Shown: positions 1 to 10,028 of the stretch, piece after piece | Position numbering within the stretch: position 1 is the first letter of the stretch | Layout of the letters: each line of letters starts with the position of its first letter | Translations under genes and position numbers: made by a program | Assembly (NCBI GenBank): GCA_040285745.1 | Contig: JAUFOR010000003.1 | Coordinates: 1,240,001 to 1,304,000, forward strand | Length of the DNA: 64,000 bases | DNA from: Barthelona sp. PCE | Lineage: Eukaryota | Direction of reading: 5' to 3' | Notes under the pieces: generated by a model | What the model was told of the DNA's origin: nothing | The model's database searches: none | What the model saw: only the letters and a program-made list of their open reading frames with translations

Positions 1-1916
1 TGGAGACGCATTTGTTAGTAGGTCGTGCAGATGGAACCCTCTTACTTTATTCATTACCACTGAACTCAAAGACTCAAGTCGTCCCCCAGACTATGGCCCT
101 TTCGATGGCTGCAATTATCGAGATTACATATGTTAAGGATTATAACATTGTTATTGTAACGGATGAGAGGGGAACAATGTGGTTTTTGGAGCTTACAAGT
201 ATTGCAGTCACCAAGTCTGTTGAAGCATTGCCTGATGAAATATTAATGCATCATGATGAGTTGATAGATATGACTAGCAAAATCCAGGAACTTACACGTA
301 AAATAGAGAACAGAAAGACGGCAAATGCTTATGAGTTACGTAATTTACAGGACGAGAAGGAGGTTGATATCACAAAGATGAAGGAGAATCTTGAGGAAGA
401 GATATTTGTCGTTCAACGGGAGATCAAGCAAATATTAGACACATATGAAGAACGTAGAGAATATTGGGACAGAGAACTGAACACCCTCAACGAGGATCAT
501 CAGCTGGCGTTGGAGCGTTTACGTTCGTCATTTGATGAACTGTGGACAGAGAGCACCAAACGCGCTGATTCGTTGAAAGATGAGATTGGTAGTCTAAAGA
601 TTCACTATGAGCAGGAGCAGCAGCGTCTTATTGAAGGGCATGAGAAGACCATGCGAGACATGAGGGACGAGTATGAGTTGCAGTTGAGAGAGGACTTACT
701 GTTCCAAGAGAAGTTTGTCGACGATAAGACAATGGAAGAGAATGCATACGTCGAAGCGTTGAATCAAATTAACGATGATAGTGAGATTGAATATCAACGT
801 ATCAGAAAGAGTCTTGATGAGAGTTTATCTGAGAAGAAGGAACAACTTTCAAGATTGAAGGCGGAGAACTCAATGCAAAAGAAGAAGAAGAAGCATTCAG
901 AGAAGACACTGTTGAGCCAACAATCTGATATTGAAAATATGAAGACACAGAAACACAAGCTGAATAATCAAATATTGCAACAAAAGAAGGAGAACGAGAA
1001 GCTATCTAAACAAATTGAGGAATATAACGAGCTTATCCAGCAGAAGGAGACAAAAATCTATGATTTGAAGAGAAAGAACCAGACGTTGGAGAAGCATAAG
1101 TTTGTTTTGGATTTCAAAATTAAGAACTTGAAGAAGGAGATTGACCCTAAAATTCAAGAAATTGAAAAGATGAAGAACATCATCCTTAATATCAACCAGG
1201 ACCTTGAGAAATTCCATTTCAAGAATTTCAAGGTCTTTATCGAGTTAAAGAACATTCTTGATGTGATCAAGAATAAGCACAGTGAGCGTCAGTCGGTGTC
1301 ACAGACCACAAGCTCTCTTGACAAGACATACGACTACATAGTCTTGAAGATCCATCAGTGCAGCGGCTTCTTAGCCAACAATGATAAACTGATGCGCGCT
1401 TTGGAGAGTTTGTTGCATCAATATGAAAGTGAAATTGGTAATGTCATCAAGACGGAAGAACTGGATGATGATGAAAGAATGGGATTGTTAGAACAACAAA
1501 ACCAGGTTGCCTATCTTCGTCGTTCTATTAAATCGTTAGAAACCGACACAGATGTTGAAGAGAAGGATATGAAACAAGTTAATATGCAGATGGTGAATAA
1601 CAACATTGCTCTTATCGGAGAGATTAAGCAACTGCGTGATGAGATCACTAATCTGGAGAATCAGCACAGGTTCCTATCTCTTAATTCAAAGAGTCATGCA
1701 CTTCTTAACATCCTCAAGAAGGAAGTCCCAGACCTGCCAGAGCTTGATGAGAAGTATTGTGCACAGATGGACGATGATATCAAGACGCTTCATGCTGAGA
1801 TCGCCACGTTCCAGGCTTCCATCGACGCGCTCAATGCTTCAGGTCAGTTTATGCTCGCTCAGCAACCTAGAGCGCTCCGCCCCATTTCAAGAGAAGAGCT
1901 TGCACCTCTCCGTTAA
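1..1916 (+). CDS. CFAP57: Cilia- and flagella-associated protein 57 (WDR65), C-terminal part; 5' end lies outside the window
   Basis: Frame is open from the window edge. End of a WD region is followed by a long coiled coil containing IYDLKRKNQTLEKHKFVLDFKIKNLKKEIDPK, matching the CFAP57 [26 protein letters not shown] motif. Confidence 0.85.
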   Translation, partial: ETHLLVGRADGTLLLYSLPLNSKTQVVPQTMALSMAAIIEITYVKDYNIVIVTDERGTMWFLELTSIAVTKSVEALPDEILMHHDELIDMTSKIQELTRKIENRKTANAYELRNLQDEKEVDITKMKENLEEEIFVVQREIKQILDTYEERREYWDRELNTLNEDHQLALERLRSSFDELWTESTKRADSLKDEIGSLKIHYEQEQQRLIEGHEKTMRDMRDEYELQLREDLLFQEKFVDDKTMEENAYVEALNQINDDSEIEYQRIRKSLDESLSEKKEQLSRLKAENSMQKKKKKHSEKTLLSQQSDIENMKTQKHKLNNQILQQKKENEKLSKQIEEYNELIQQKETKIYDLKRKNQTLEKHKFVLDFKIKNLKKEIDPKIQEIEKMKNIILNINQDLEKFHFKNFKVFIELKNILDVIKNKHSERQSVSQTTSSLDKTYDYIVLKIHQCSGFLANNDKLMRALESLLHQYESEIGNVIKTEELDDDERMGLLEQQNQVAYLRRSIKSLETDTDVEEKDMKQVNMQMVNNNIALIGEIKQLRDEITNLENQHRFLSLNSKSHALLNILKKEVPDLPELDEKYCAQMDDDIKTLHAEIATFQASIDALNASGQFMLAQQPRALRPISREELAPLR

Positions 1917-1953
1917 TGTAAAGTACCACTTTGTTGTGTTTGTTTTGCAAATT

Positions 1954-3387
1954 TTATTCAGCAATGGCAAGACTATCAAGCATCGAAATACCAACGGCCA
2001 TTCCTCCCTCACGGTCATCCTTACGCTTTGTTCGGAGCAAATAACCATCAGAGCGTGTGATTATACTTTCATCAGATGAATGAGGAACAAAAGTAGTATT
2101 AAATATTCCTAATTCGAAAATAGCATCTTCATAATGTGTGAGTTTATCCCCAATGAGGAATTCAGCATCGAAAACAGTCGGTTTGATCCATTTCATCAAC
2201 ACAAATTGGTTCCAATCATCGGCAAATCTGTTCCTCAGCTCTTCAGCAATCTCCAGCGTGGGATCGGCTTTAAGAGACTCATGTAAATCCGTCAAACCAA
2301 GGCGGACGATACCGTCCATGCCAAAGAAATTATTCGACCCTCCTTCTCCTTGAGGTTTCAGCACCCAGCGTTCAGGATACATTACGAAATTTTTCATATC
2401 TTTATGCTGCGTAAATTCAGGAGTTACTGTGTGAGAGATTCCGTGGCCTAGAGAACTTGCAACTTCCTGGATCTCTTCTTCGGTATAACAAGAAAGATAC
2501 TTTCGGACGATATCAGGATTACTGAGTGTAGCTTGCATATATTTTGAACCAATGAGCTGAGCTGCAGCGGTAGGAACGCAATAAGCCTTTGATTTTTCCA
2601 GTTTGCGACGGAGATCCCAAAATTCTGGTGTAGTTTGATGATGATTATAAAAAGTTCTCCAATAAATTATACCTATTTCATTACCTCTGAAAAATACACG
2701 ATTCTCCTCATCGAAAGTGATCTCGCTAATCTGTGATCGAGTACAGCGTAAAGGTTTAATACCATGTTTCTCATACAAATCTGTCATCATCAAATATTGA
2801 TCAAACTGATTCAGTTCTCCATCAAGACAAATCATCAGTAGCGATGCGTCAGGGTTATCGTACTTAAGCATGAGGCTGTTCATGGCTGAAACCCAGTTGT
2901 CATCTGCACGATTGATAATGGGCTTTAACTCTTCTTGGTAACGATGAGTGAATTTGTGTAGACGTTGAACGGTAGGCGCTAAATGCGTACATCCTACAGA
3001 CACCATGTTTATCTCGATCAGAAGTGGGAAGTTTGTCTCAGAATCGATCATGTAATCACATCTCGATACGTACATCTGCTCATCGAGACCATAACTATCA
3101 TCCAGCATATCCATGAGACCCTGCATTAAATCATCAGCCTTTGCCATCTCTTGCAAGGACTCCTTGATGAATTCTTTGTCTCTCAACACCTTTGCATAAA
3201 GAATATTAATGGCAGAGGTCAGATTCTCCATTCGCTCGTATTCAGCTTCTGTAAGTGCTGTACACGGTGACAGTGTGATGCCCACTGGGTGGAGAGTGTA
3301 CTCTGGCTTTAGAAAATTGATACCATGTGTGGCGTAATAGAGTTTCGTGTCATGGTATAGTGAAGAAGATTGTTCGTTCATGCTCAT
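1954..3387 (-). CDS. GSS: Eukaryotic-type glutathione synthetase
   Basis: Motifs RCDYM, EINMVS, WVLKPQGEGGSNNFFG, ELGIF and GYLLRTK...EGGMAVG..MLDS; 477 aa. Confidence 0.92.
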   Translation of the reverse strand: MSMNEQSSSLYHDTKLYYATHGINFLKPEYTLHPVGITLSPCTALTEAEYERMENLTSAINILYAKVLRDKEFIKESLQEMAKADDLMQGLMDMLDDSYGLDEQMYVSRCDYMIDSETNFPLLIEINMVSVGCTHLAPTVQRLHKFTHRYQEELKPIINRADDNWVSAMNSLMLKYDNPDASLLMICLDGELNQFDQYLMMTDLYEKHGIKPLRCTRSQISEITFDEENRVFFRGNEIGIIYWRTFYNHHQTTPEFWDLRRKLEKSKAYCVPTAAAQLIGSKYMQATLSNPDIVRKYLSCYTEEEIQEVASSLGHGISHTVTPEFTQHKDMKNFVMYPERWVLKPQGEGGSNNFFGMDGIVRLGLTDLHESLKADPTLEIAEELRNRFADDWNQFVLMKWIKPTVFDAEFLIGDKLTHYEDAIFELGIFNTTFVPHSSDESIITRSDGYLLRTKRKDDREGGMAVGISMLDSLAIAE

Positions 3388-3587
3388 GTGTGATCTGTTG
3401 CGTGTAACGTGAAAAGTTAACGTGAAAAGATGTAAAAAGGAAGAAGCAAGAAAATTGATAGGCTCAACAATCGATTGTCAAGAATTTGAATATTTCAACA
3501 CAAGTTCTATGGGTGAACTTCATGGGAAGGAGTATCTATGAGTATACTTTTTACAAAAAATCAATAGTTAACAAAAAAACAACTATA

Positions 3588-4481
3588 CTAAGAGGTTGAT
3601 CTCACAGCACCACAAATAGCACAAAAACGATGTGCCTTGTCCAAGGGCTCTCCGCAATATGGACAGAAACGTGCTGTAATTGGAAAAACCTGCCGGTTCT
3701 CTTTCATATGGCGTTTGATCGTTCGCAGAATTGTCTGTGCATATGCATCATCCTCATCCTCATTCTCATTCTCATTGTATGCGGTTATGGGTTGTGTAAT
3801 GGGGGCCGTACGAGATGCTTTGGGGTTGTGATCAAGTGCATCCATCTCACCATTGTCCTCAAGCGTAGGCATATTGCTTAAGCCATCAATGACAGTGTTC
3901 ATACTTGGTTTTTGTGCGGGTTCATGTCTGTTAGCTTTTGGTGTACGTTTTCTAGGTGATTTTTTTGGTTTTCTATTAAGCCTGCTTTTAAAGGCATCTG
4001 CAAGACTTACACTATCGTTTTCCATCGGTTCTTCACGTTCATGCATGCGACTTGATGTCCTAGGCGGCGTTGAAGGTCTCTTGCGGGGTAAAGTTCTTTT
4101 TGAAGGGGAATAACTGGTTTTTGGTCGTTCAGGAGCAGGATTTTCACCTATACGATGTAAGAATTTGGTGTCAAACGGTCTTTCTTTGGTACAAGATCTT
4201 TGATGTCGTGGTAATTGTTCCTCTTTAAATCTTCGTCCACAATTTTGGCATTGTATTAATTGATTCTCACTGAAACTCTGATTCGCCGTTGTGTTGAGGT
4301 CCATGCGCTCTTTTGCGGTTCCAAACTTTGCAGTACGAAGAAATTCCTCTTCATCGAGTTCGTTAGATCGAAACTCACCCCTTGCTTCAAGTATTTTCTT
4401 GCAATTTTTCATATGAAGCTCAATTGTATGCTTGAAATAAGCTCTATTACAATAAGGACACTGTACAGCTCTTGGATGCAT
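3588..4481 (-). CDS. C2HC zinc-finger protein (ZC2HC1/FAM164-like) with C-terminal zinc ribbon
   Basis: Two C2HC fingers (CPYCNRAYFKHTIELHMKNC, CQNCGRRFKEEQLPRHQRSC) and terminal FCPYCG...FCAICG. First ATG is at 4481, after a T-rich tract. Confidence 0.75.
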   Translation of the reverse strand: MHPRAVQCPYCNRAYFKHTIELHMKNCKKILEARGEFRSNELDEEEFLRTAKFGTAKERMDLNTTANQSFSENQLIQCQNCGRRFKEEQLPRHQRSCTKERPFDTKFLHRIGENPAPERPKTSYSPSKRTLPRKRPSTPPRTSSRMHEREEPMENDSVSLADAFKSRLNRKPKKSPRKRTPKANRHEPAQKPSMNTVIDGLSNMPTLEDNGEMDALDHNPKASRTAPITQPITAYNENENEDEDDAYAQTILRTIKRHMKENRQVFPITARFCPYCGEPLDKAHRFCAICGAVRSTS

Positions 4482-4896
4482 TGATAAAAAAATAAAGTAT
4501 GTTTTGATGTAAATATAATTATATAATCGAAAAAAATGGTACAATTATCCTTTAAAGCGATATTTATGCCCAAGTAGAGTTATAAATTCCTTGTAAGAGG
4601 ATGAATATGAATAAACGTAGTTGGTGGATGTAAAAAATAATCTAAACATAACTTACCACGCTTCTTGACCCAATGCTGATGATTATGATGTGAAAACAGC
4701 AAGACATAAAAGAATCAGCTTTTTTTTACAACCTAAGTAGACACAAAGGAACTGGAAAACTTTGAACTTGTTATGTACGCTGAGAAGAAAGGATCACATT
4801 CCCAATTGACTCAGTTTATTAAAAAACAAAAAAATTTTGTAACTCTTTTCTCTCCCTTTTCACTTATTCCTATTTTTGGATAGCATAATATTTCTA

Positions 4897-7851
4897 ATGG
4901 GAAGGTCTAACAAACACAAAAGACGTAAAACAAAGAAAGAATCTGCGAATCGAAATACGCACACCAAAAGGGAACCGCATTGTGAGCAGAAGAAGGTTGA
5001 ACGTGATCCAGAATTTCTCAGTCAGAGGGCAATGGATATATATGAGTTTTATACATCACAAACTGATCCAGTTGATAAATTTTTAATTTCTGCATTATCT
5101 GCATTTTTTATAGATGAAAATATTGTTAAGATACAAGAACGGTTTGATGCGATAAAGAATACAAATATTGTATTAAAAAAAAGAAACTTAAATGGTTTAG
5201 ATATTAATATTTTAAATATTTCTGTATTGATGATTGGTGCACTTTTAAATTATAAGGTTTTTGGTAAAAAGAAAGAGAATTTGGCATTGACATATGCATA
5301 TAAATATCTACGTAGTCGTGTTGATAATTATAAAGGAACTGTACCTGAATTTAGTGATTTTTTTTCCCAAATTCATTTAAATATGACATTTTTGCACATG
5401 TTATCAAATAGCAACCACAAGGTAGAATTTTGGAGAATTTCAACGTTTTTGATAAATGATTTTCAACGTTTGCCTTTCCCTTATTCAGTAGAAAATGTTG
5501 TTGATCCTTTATCGGTTGTTTTTAATCCAAAAATTACATTTTTTGAATATAATACCATTGATGATCCAAATTCTTTTGATTTTCTTAACGATTGGTGCAT
5601 ATATTTTCCGACAGATGATATACGTAAACCTGTTCCTGAAGAAAAAATTAAATACTGGCATGTTGCAGATTTAAATAACAAATTAGAATTTGTTGATGGT
5701 GGTGTTTGTCTCAATTCAGCCTTATTCTGTGATGAATTCCCAGCATACTTTGCAAAAGGTCAAGTTCCCATGAGTTTAATACCAAACTATTACAGATATC
5801 CTATCCATAAAGTTATAGTCAGAGGAATGGAGGATTATATCGATTTTGATTACATTATGTTCTATACATGTGTTGAGTTTGTTATTGAAGAACTATATAA
5901 TTGTAATAGGGAAAATTTGCTTTTTTTTCTTCGAAATGATAATAGTGTGGTTCAACGTTGGGATAATGATTCAAAGCGAATCTTTGAGTACATTTATGTA
6001 CGGTGGTGTGAATTGAATAATATGAGAGTTTTTCCATTATATAATGTATATTTATGCAGTATTCCTGATGAGGTTTACTTTGCTTCAGCCTACAATTGTT
6101 TACGACTTGATTGTTCTTCAGATTGGAAGAAAGATTTAATCCCTTTTGAAACAGTTTTTACTTCAGCTGTACGTTCAAAATTTTCCAGTTATTTTACTGT
6201 AAGATCGGAGTTAAAAAACAAGTATTATGATCGTAACATGAAATTTCCAAAGATTAAGGCTGTGATGAGAAAGATGGATGAAGATCTTCAGATGTATTCC
6301 CAAAGAAATGGTAGAGAGAGTTTTTTACTTTGTGGTAGAAATGTAAGATTGAATCAAAATCTGATGAAATTATTAAATATTGATAGCAGAGAAGACCTAA
6401 CACCAGAAAATTGCTTGAAAGCTTTTAATGAATATTTCCCTCAACCTGATAGTTGTTTGGAACAGTTGAATCAGTATCCGAAAACTTTGGAAGGAGTAGA
6501 AGTGATTAATGTGATGGAGAGTCTCTCTGTAGATAAGAGCAAAGTTGAAGATAAATTTATTGGAGAATCCAAGGTTGTTAAGACTGGAAAAACAGTTATT
6601 AGAAATGGTAAACAGTTACCTAAGAAAGTGCGCAGAGCATATACTTTTTATTTAGAAGAAAAGAGACCTGTATTAAGCGCACAGAACCCTGAAATGGAGG
6701 GTAGTGACATATCTGATATGATTAATGAAGAATGGTTTAAATTAGATGAAGATCAAAAGCGTAGGTATCACGAATTAGCAGCTCAAGATAAGGTGAGATA
6801 TGAAGAGGAGTTGTTACAATACGAGGCTGACCCTGAAAATACATTTAATGATGATGATCCTCAAGATACTCAAAAAGAGGTGTGTCCTGAATCCAAGGCT
6901 GAAGAAGTGATGGCCATTGAGGTTGAAGAAGCCAAAATTTCTGTTAAATCCGATGAAAAAGTATATGATGAACACGCGCTGACAGATAAGGTCAACCGTG
7001 GCGTGGAAACGGAAAGAAAGATATCAATGACGAAGCAACAGCAGACCGAAGAAATTGATGAAGGTGAATCAATAATTTCCACTTTTAGTACTTCCACCGT
7101 GATCTCATCTGTCCGAAATACACTGGAAAAGTTACCAGTTTTGAGTGAGAAGTTGAAACCTAATCGGAATATGTTTGTTTCAGACGTTGAATACCAAAGG
7201 AATCGTGTAAGCTATTGTTTTGATTTGCACAAGCGTGCTGCTAAGGCAGGCATCAGAGATCGATACTACGAAGAGAATTTATTGAATTCAGCATCTGATC
7301 TTCATACTGCTTCAAAGTTACTTGCGTTGTACATGTTTGGACCATATTTTATTTTAGATTCTCTATTGGACAGAGACAATCTTCGTGAAGCGCTTAATTC
7401 ACATCGGTTATTTAACTTGAGTGAGCATATCGACGCAATATCTGTTCAAGAATTTCTTACGTTCGATATTAATACATTTTATGGTATTTACATTCCAGAA
7501 AAGGTCATTGAGCTCCTAAACTCTGTCACAAAGACATATTACAGCATGTTTGATGTGGAAATTACACCTTTTCGTATGCCGTTTTGTAACAAAGACTTTC
7601 TCAAAAGCTGTATGTGGCCTGAATTTGCATGTTCACACAGTATATTAATGTCACGTTTTCTATATTTGAAGACAATCTCTTTTGATAAGCTTATTAATCA
7701 TTATAGTCGACCGCTTGATCCCTTATTGCGATTTATGATTACTGGTGTTAAAGCTAAGAGCACCGTTAAGCGTTTGCATAATGTTTCTTTTGTGATGCAG
7801 CACAAGATCGATCTCATAAAATGGGTTAAAACTCATGAACAAAGAAATTAA
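4897..7851 (+). CDS. Large hypothetical protein with one internal HMG box and a basic N-terminal NLS-like segment
   Basis: PKKVRRAYTFYLEEKRPVLSAQNPEM...ISDMINEEWFKLDEDQKRRYHELAAQDKVRYEEE at about 6615-6825 is a clear HMG box. The remainder is unrecognised. First ATG at 4897. Confidence 0.7.
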   Translation: MGRSNKHKRRKTKKESANRNTHTKREPHCEQKKVERDPEFLSQRAMDIYEFYTSQTDPVDKFLISALSAFFIDENIVKIQERFDAIKNTNIVLKKRNLNGLDINILNISVLMIGALLNYKVFGKKKENLALTYAYKYLRSRVDNYKGTVPEFSDFFSQIHLNMTFLHMLSNSNHKVEFWRISTFLINDFQRLPFPYSVENVVDPLSVVFNPKITFFEYNTIDDPNSFDFLNDWCIYFPTDDIRKPVPEEKIKYWHVADLNNKLEFVDGGVCLNSALFCDEFPAYFAKGQVPMSLIPNYYRYPIHKVIVRGMEDYIDFDYIMFYTCVEFVIEELYNCNRENLLFFLRNDNSVVQRWDNDSKRIFEYIYVRWCELNNMRVFPLYNVYLCSIPDEVYFASAYNCLRLDCSSDWKKDLIPFETVFTSAVRSKFSSYFTVRSELKNKYYDRNMKFPKIKAVMRKMDEDLQMYSQRNGRESFLLCGRNVRLNQNLMKLLNIDSREDLTPENCLKAFNEYFPQPDSCLEQLNQYPKTLEGVEVINVMESLSVDKSKVEDKFIGESKVVKTGKTVIRNGKQLPKKVRRAYTFYLEEKRPVLSAQNPEMEGSDISDMINEEWFKLDEDQKRRYHELAAQDKVRYEEELLQYEADPENTFNDDDPQDTQKEVCPESKAEEVMAIEVEEAKISVKSDEKVYDEHALTDKVNRGVETERKISMTKQQQTEEIDEGESIISTFSTSTVISSVRNTLEKLPVLSEKLKPNRNMFVSDVEYQRNRVSYCFDLHKRAAKAGIRDRYYEENLLNSASDLHTASKLLALYMFGPYFILDSLLDRDNLREALNSHRLFNLSEHIDAISVQEFLTFDINTFYGIYIPEKVIELLNSVTKTYYSMFDVEITPFRMPFCNKDFLKSCMWPEFACSHSILMSRFLYLKTISFDKLINHYSRPLDPLLRFMITGVKAKSTVKRLHNVSFVMQHKIDLIKWVKTHEQRN

Positions 7852-7895
7852 TAAAAAATTTTTTTTTATATCAATTTTCAGGTATCAAAAAGTCC

Positions 7896-9950
7896 TTAAG
7901 TCTCCAATAAAAGTGTGTTTTCATTCCAATTTGGTGTGTCAAGATACTTGATTTGAGCACCTGCAATAAATGAAGGAATATGATAGCTACACTCTGAAAC
8001 TACTGTATTTAATGTGTCTCTTTGAAGAAAATGCGTGGAAAACTTCATTATGCGAGTATTACGATTGTATTTAACCGTCTCCTGTACACCATTATCGCAG
8101 TTAATGTTATATTTTCCTTTTATAGGGTAACTAGTTTTCTCTTTGTACCTCATTTGTATTCCGTCTTCTAGATAAAAATCCATTATTCCATTGAGTGTAC
8201 GGATGCTACTGTCACTTATGAAACGTTGAAATATATATTCTTCACTATTCTCAAAAACAATAGGATCTGAAATAGTCGTGTTTGACCAATCAATGTAGTG
8301 AACAGCGTTAATAAACTTTCCAGTTAACACAACTATGAGCTGAATCCCGTCGTCCATAAACCAAGGACACAAATGCGCGAATACATTTTGCAAATAAAGT
8401 TGCTTTTTAACCTCTACCTGTTGTTCATTGATAAGCATAAAAAAATATGTTCCAGTTAAAAAATTCACAGCTAACGTGTTCATTTGACCTTCTTCACATG
8501 AATTATACATTCCATTTTCCATAGGAATTAGTACAGTCTCATTAATACACAAATTGTTATCTCTAACATTCAAGATAAAATCCCCAAAAATCCATTGTTT
8601 ATGATAATTATAACTGATATGGTGCGATTCTTGCATATCTTCAAGGTTATTCCAACATAGTTTAGCGTGTTTAAAAGAATTCAGTTTTGTGAATGCTGTA
8701 AGGCAATTCTTTTTTGGATGCAGTCTTGTAACACAGTAAAACCTACTGTATGCTGATTGTGACGTGCAGAATGCATGCCCAATAGAGTTAAAAACTACAA
8801 TCGTATTTTCTTTGAAATAAAAAATGTAATTCTTTGAATCTGTATGTTCTTTCATTTGCACAATGTTCCCCATGTAGTTAAACCGAGGATATACAAAGAG
8901 CAGGTCAATGATTCTGTTTGATCTGTCAAAGCAATGTATAACACCAACGCTATTGTTAATGATGTTTGACCCATACAGGTTAGGATCATCAATAAAGTCT
9001 ACTGATAGATTTATATCGTGTTTGACTTCCGCACACATATTGTAACAGTTTAGACAACCCACTGTTATACACGGTTCATTAGATCCATCTATGCTAACAG
9101 TCATTACATGTTTTAAGTTACCAATCATTATTGACAATGAGTTATCAGTAAGTTTGAAGATGATCAATTGAAGTATATGCATGGGTTTGACCCGAGTAAA
9201 TGCTGGAAAACGTTGAATAATGTCGATTCTATTGCCATGCTCATCAAAAATTATGAAATTTGTGAAAATTCCATTACCAAAATTGATAAAACACACGCAC
9301 CTGGCATTCATACACACTACATAATTCCTGAAATCACCAACATCATTTAATACACACATTTCACATTCAATATCTTCATTAAGGTCATCAGGAGAGTACT
9401 TGTAAATACAAAAAATTTCATCGTGAAATTCTCGTACTAGAAGAATAAAATCCGCTTTTGATAATTGTCGTAAACTATAATTCTCTAAACATCGTATTCG
9501 ATTATCCATTAACAAACTCTGAATATATGTATTTGTTTGATCATTATCGCCAACATATGCCGAATAAATGACATGATGTTGATCCAACATCAATACATTC
9601 GTAAATACATCTAAATTTTCTGGTAAAGTATGGGTACTTTGATGCATGCATTCTCCATTAGCATTTGGAAACAAATGAACTGTGAAATCTGATATGAGGC
9701 CTTGTTTGGAGCGTGTACACTTGATCCAATAATGTGTATTATCCTGATTTCGATGATGCAATCTCCTTCTTTGTGTTACCCTTCTCACAACCCCAGGTTC
9801 AACATCTGCTATGAAATGGGTATCTGTCATATGTATTGGTATCTCTTCACCACGGTTTCTCAACAGTTTCAATGAAGGTTTTAAACGAATCTCTCCATCC
9901 ATAGCAGATTTTATCATGAGTTGTTCCTCAAAAGGTTTATAACGTGGCAT
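7896..9950 (-). CDS. Hypothetical beta-rich protein, 684 aa
   Basis: Long ATG-initiated ORF preceded by T tracts; no recognisable motif. Confidence 0.65.
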   Translation of the reverse strand: MPRYKPFEEQLMIKSAMDGEIRLKPSLKLLRNRGEEIPIHMTDTHFIADVEPGVVRRVTQRRRLHHRNQDNTHYWIKCTRSKQGLISDFTVHLFPNANGECMHQSTHTLPENLDVFTNVLMLDQHHVIYSAYVGDNDQTNTYIQSLLMDNRIRCLENYSLRQLSKADFILLVREFHDEIFCIYKYSPDDLNEDIECEMCVLNDVGDFRNYVVCMNARCVCFINFGNGIFTNFIIFDEHGNRIDIIQRFPAFTRVKPMHILQLIIFKLTDNSLSIMIGNLKHVMTVSIDGSNEPCITVGCLNCYNMCAEVKHDINLSVDFIDDPNLYGSNIINNSVGVIHCFDRSNRIIDLLFVYPRFNYMGNIVQMKEHTDSKNYIFYFKENTIVVFNSIGHAFCTSQSAYSRFYCVTRLHPKKNCLTAFTKLNSFKHAKLCWNNLEDMQESHHISYNYHKQWIFGDFILNVRDNNLCINETVLIPMENGMYNSCEEGQMNTLAVNFLTGTYFFMLINEQQVEVKKQLYLQNVFAHLCPWFMDDGIQLIVVLTGKFINAVHYIDWSNTTISDPIVFENSEEYIFQRFISDSSIRTLNGIMDFYLEDGIQMRYKEKTSYPIKGKYNINCDNGVQETVKYNRNTRIMKFSTHFLQRDTLNTVVSECSYHIPSFIAGAQIKYLDTPNWNENTLLLET

Positions 9951-10028
9951 CCCAAAAAGTTTTTAAAATAAAAAGGTCCGAAAAAAGAGAAAAAAATGGA
10001 TAACGTAGAAATATTTACAATTATTTTT

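Noticed and set aside
4647..4783. ACTTACC (U1-like 5' end) and TGATGA...CTGA (box C/D-like) in a divergent intergenic region
   Set aside because: No U1-70K loop or Sm site, no terminal stem and no recognisable rRNA guide; short motifs are expected by chance.
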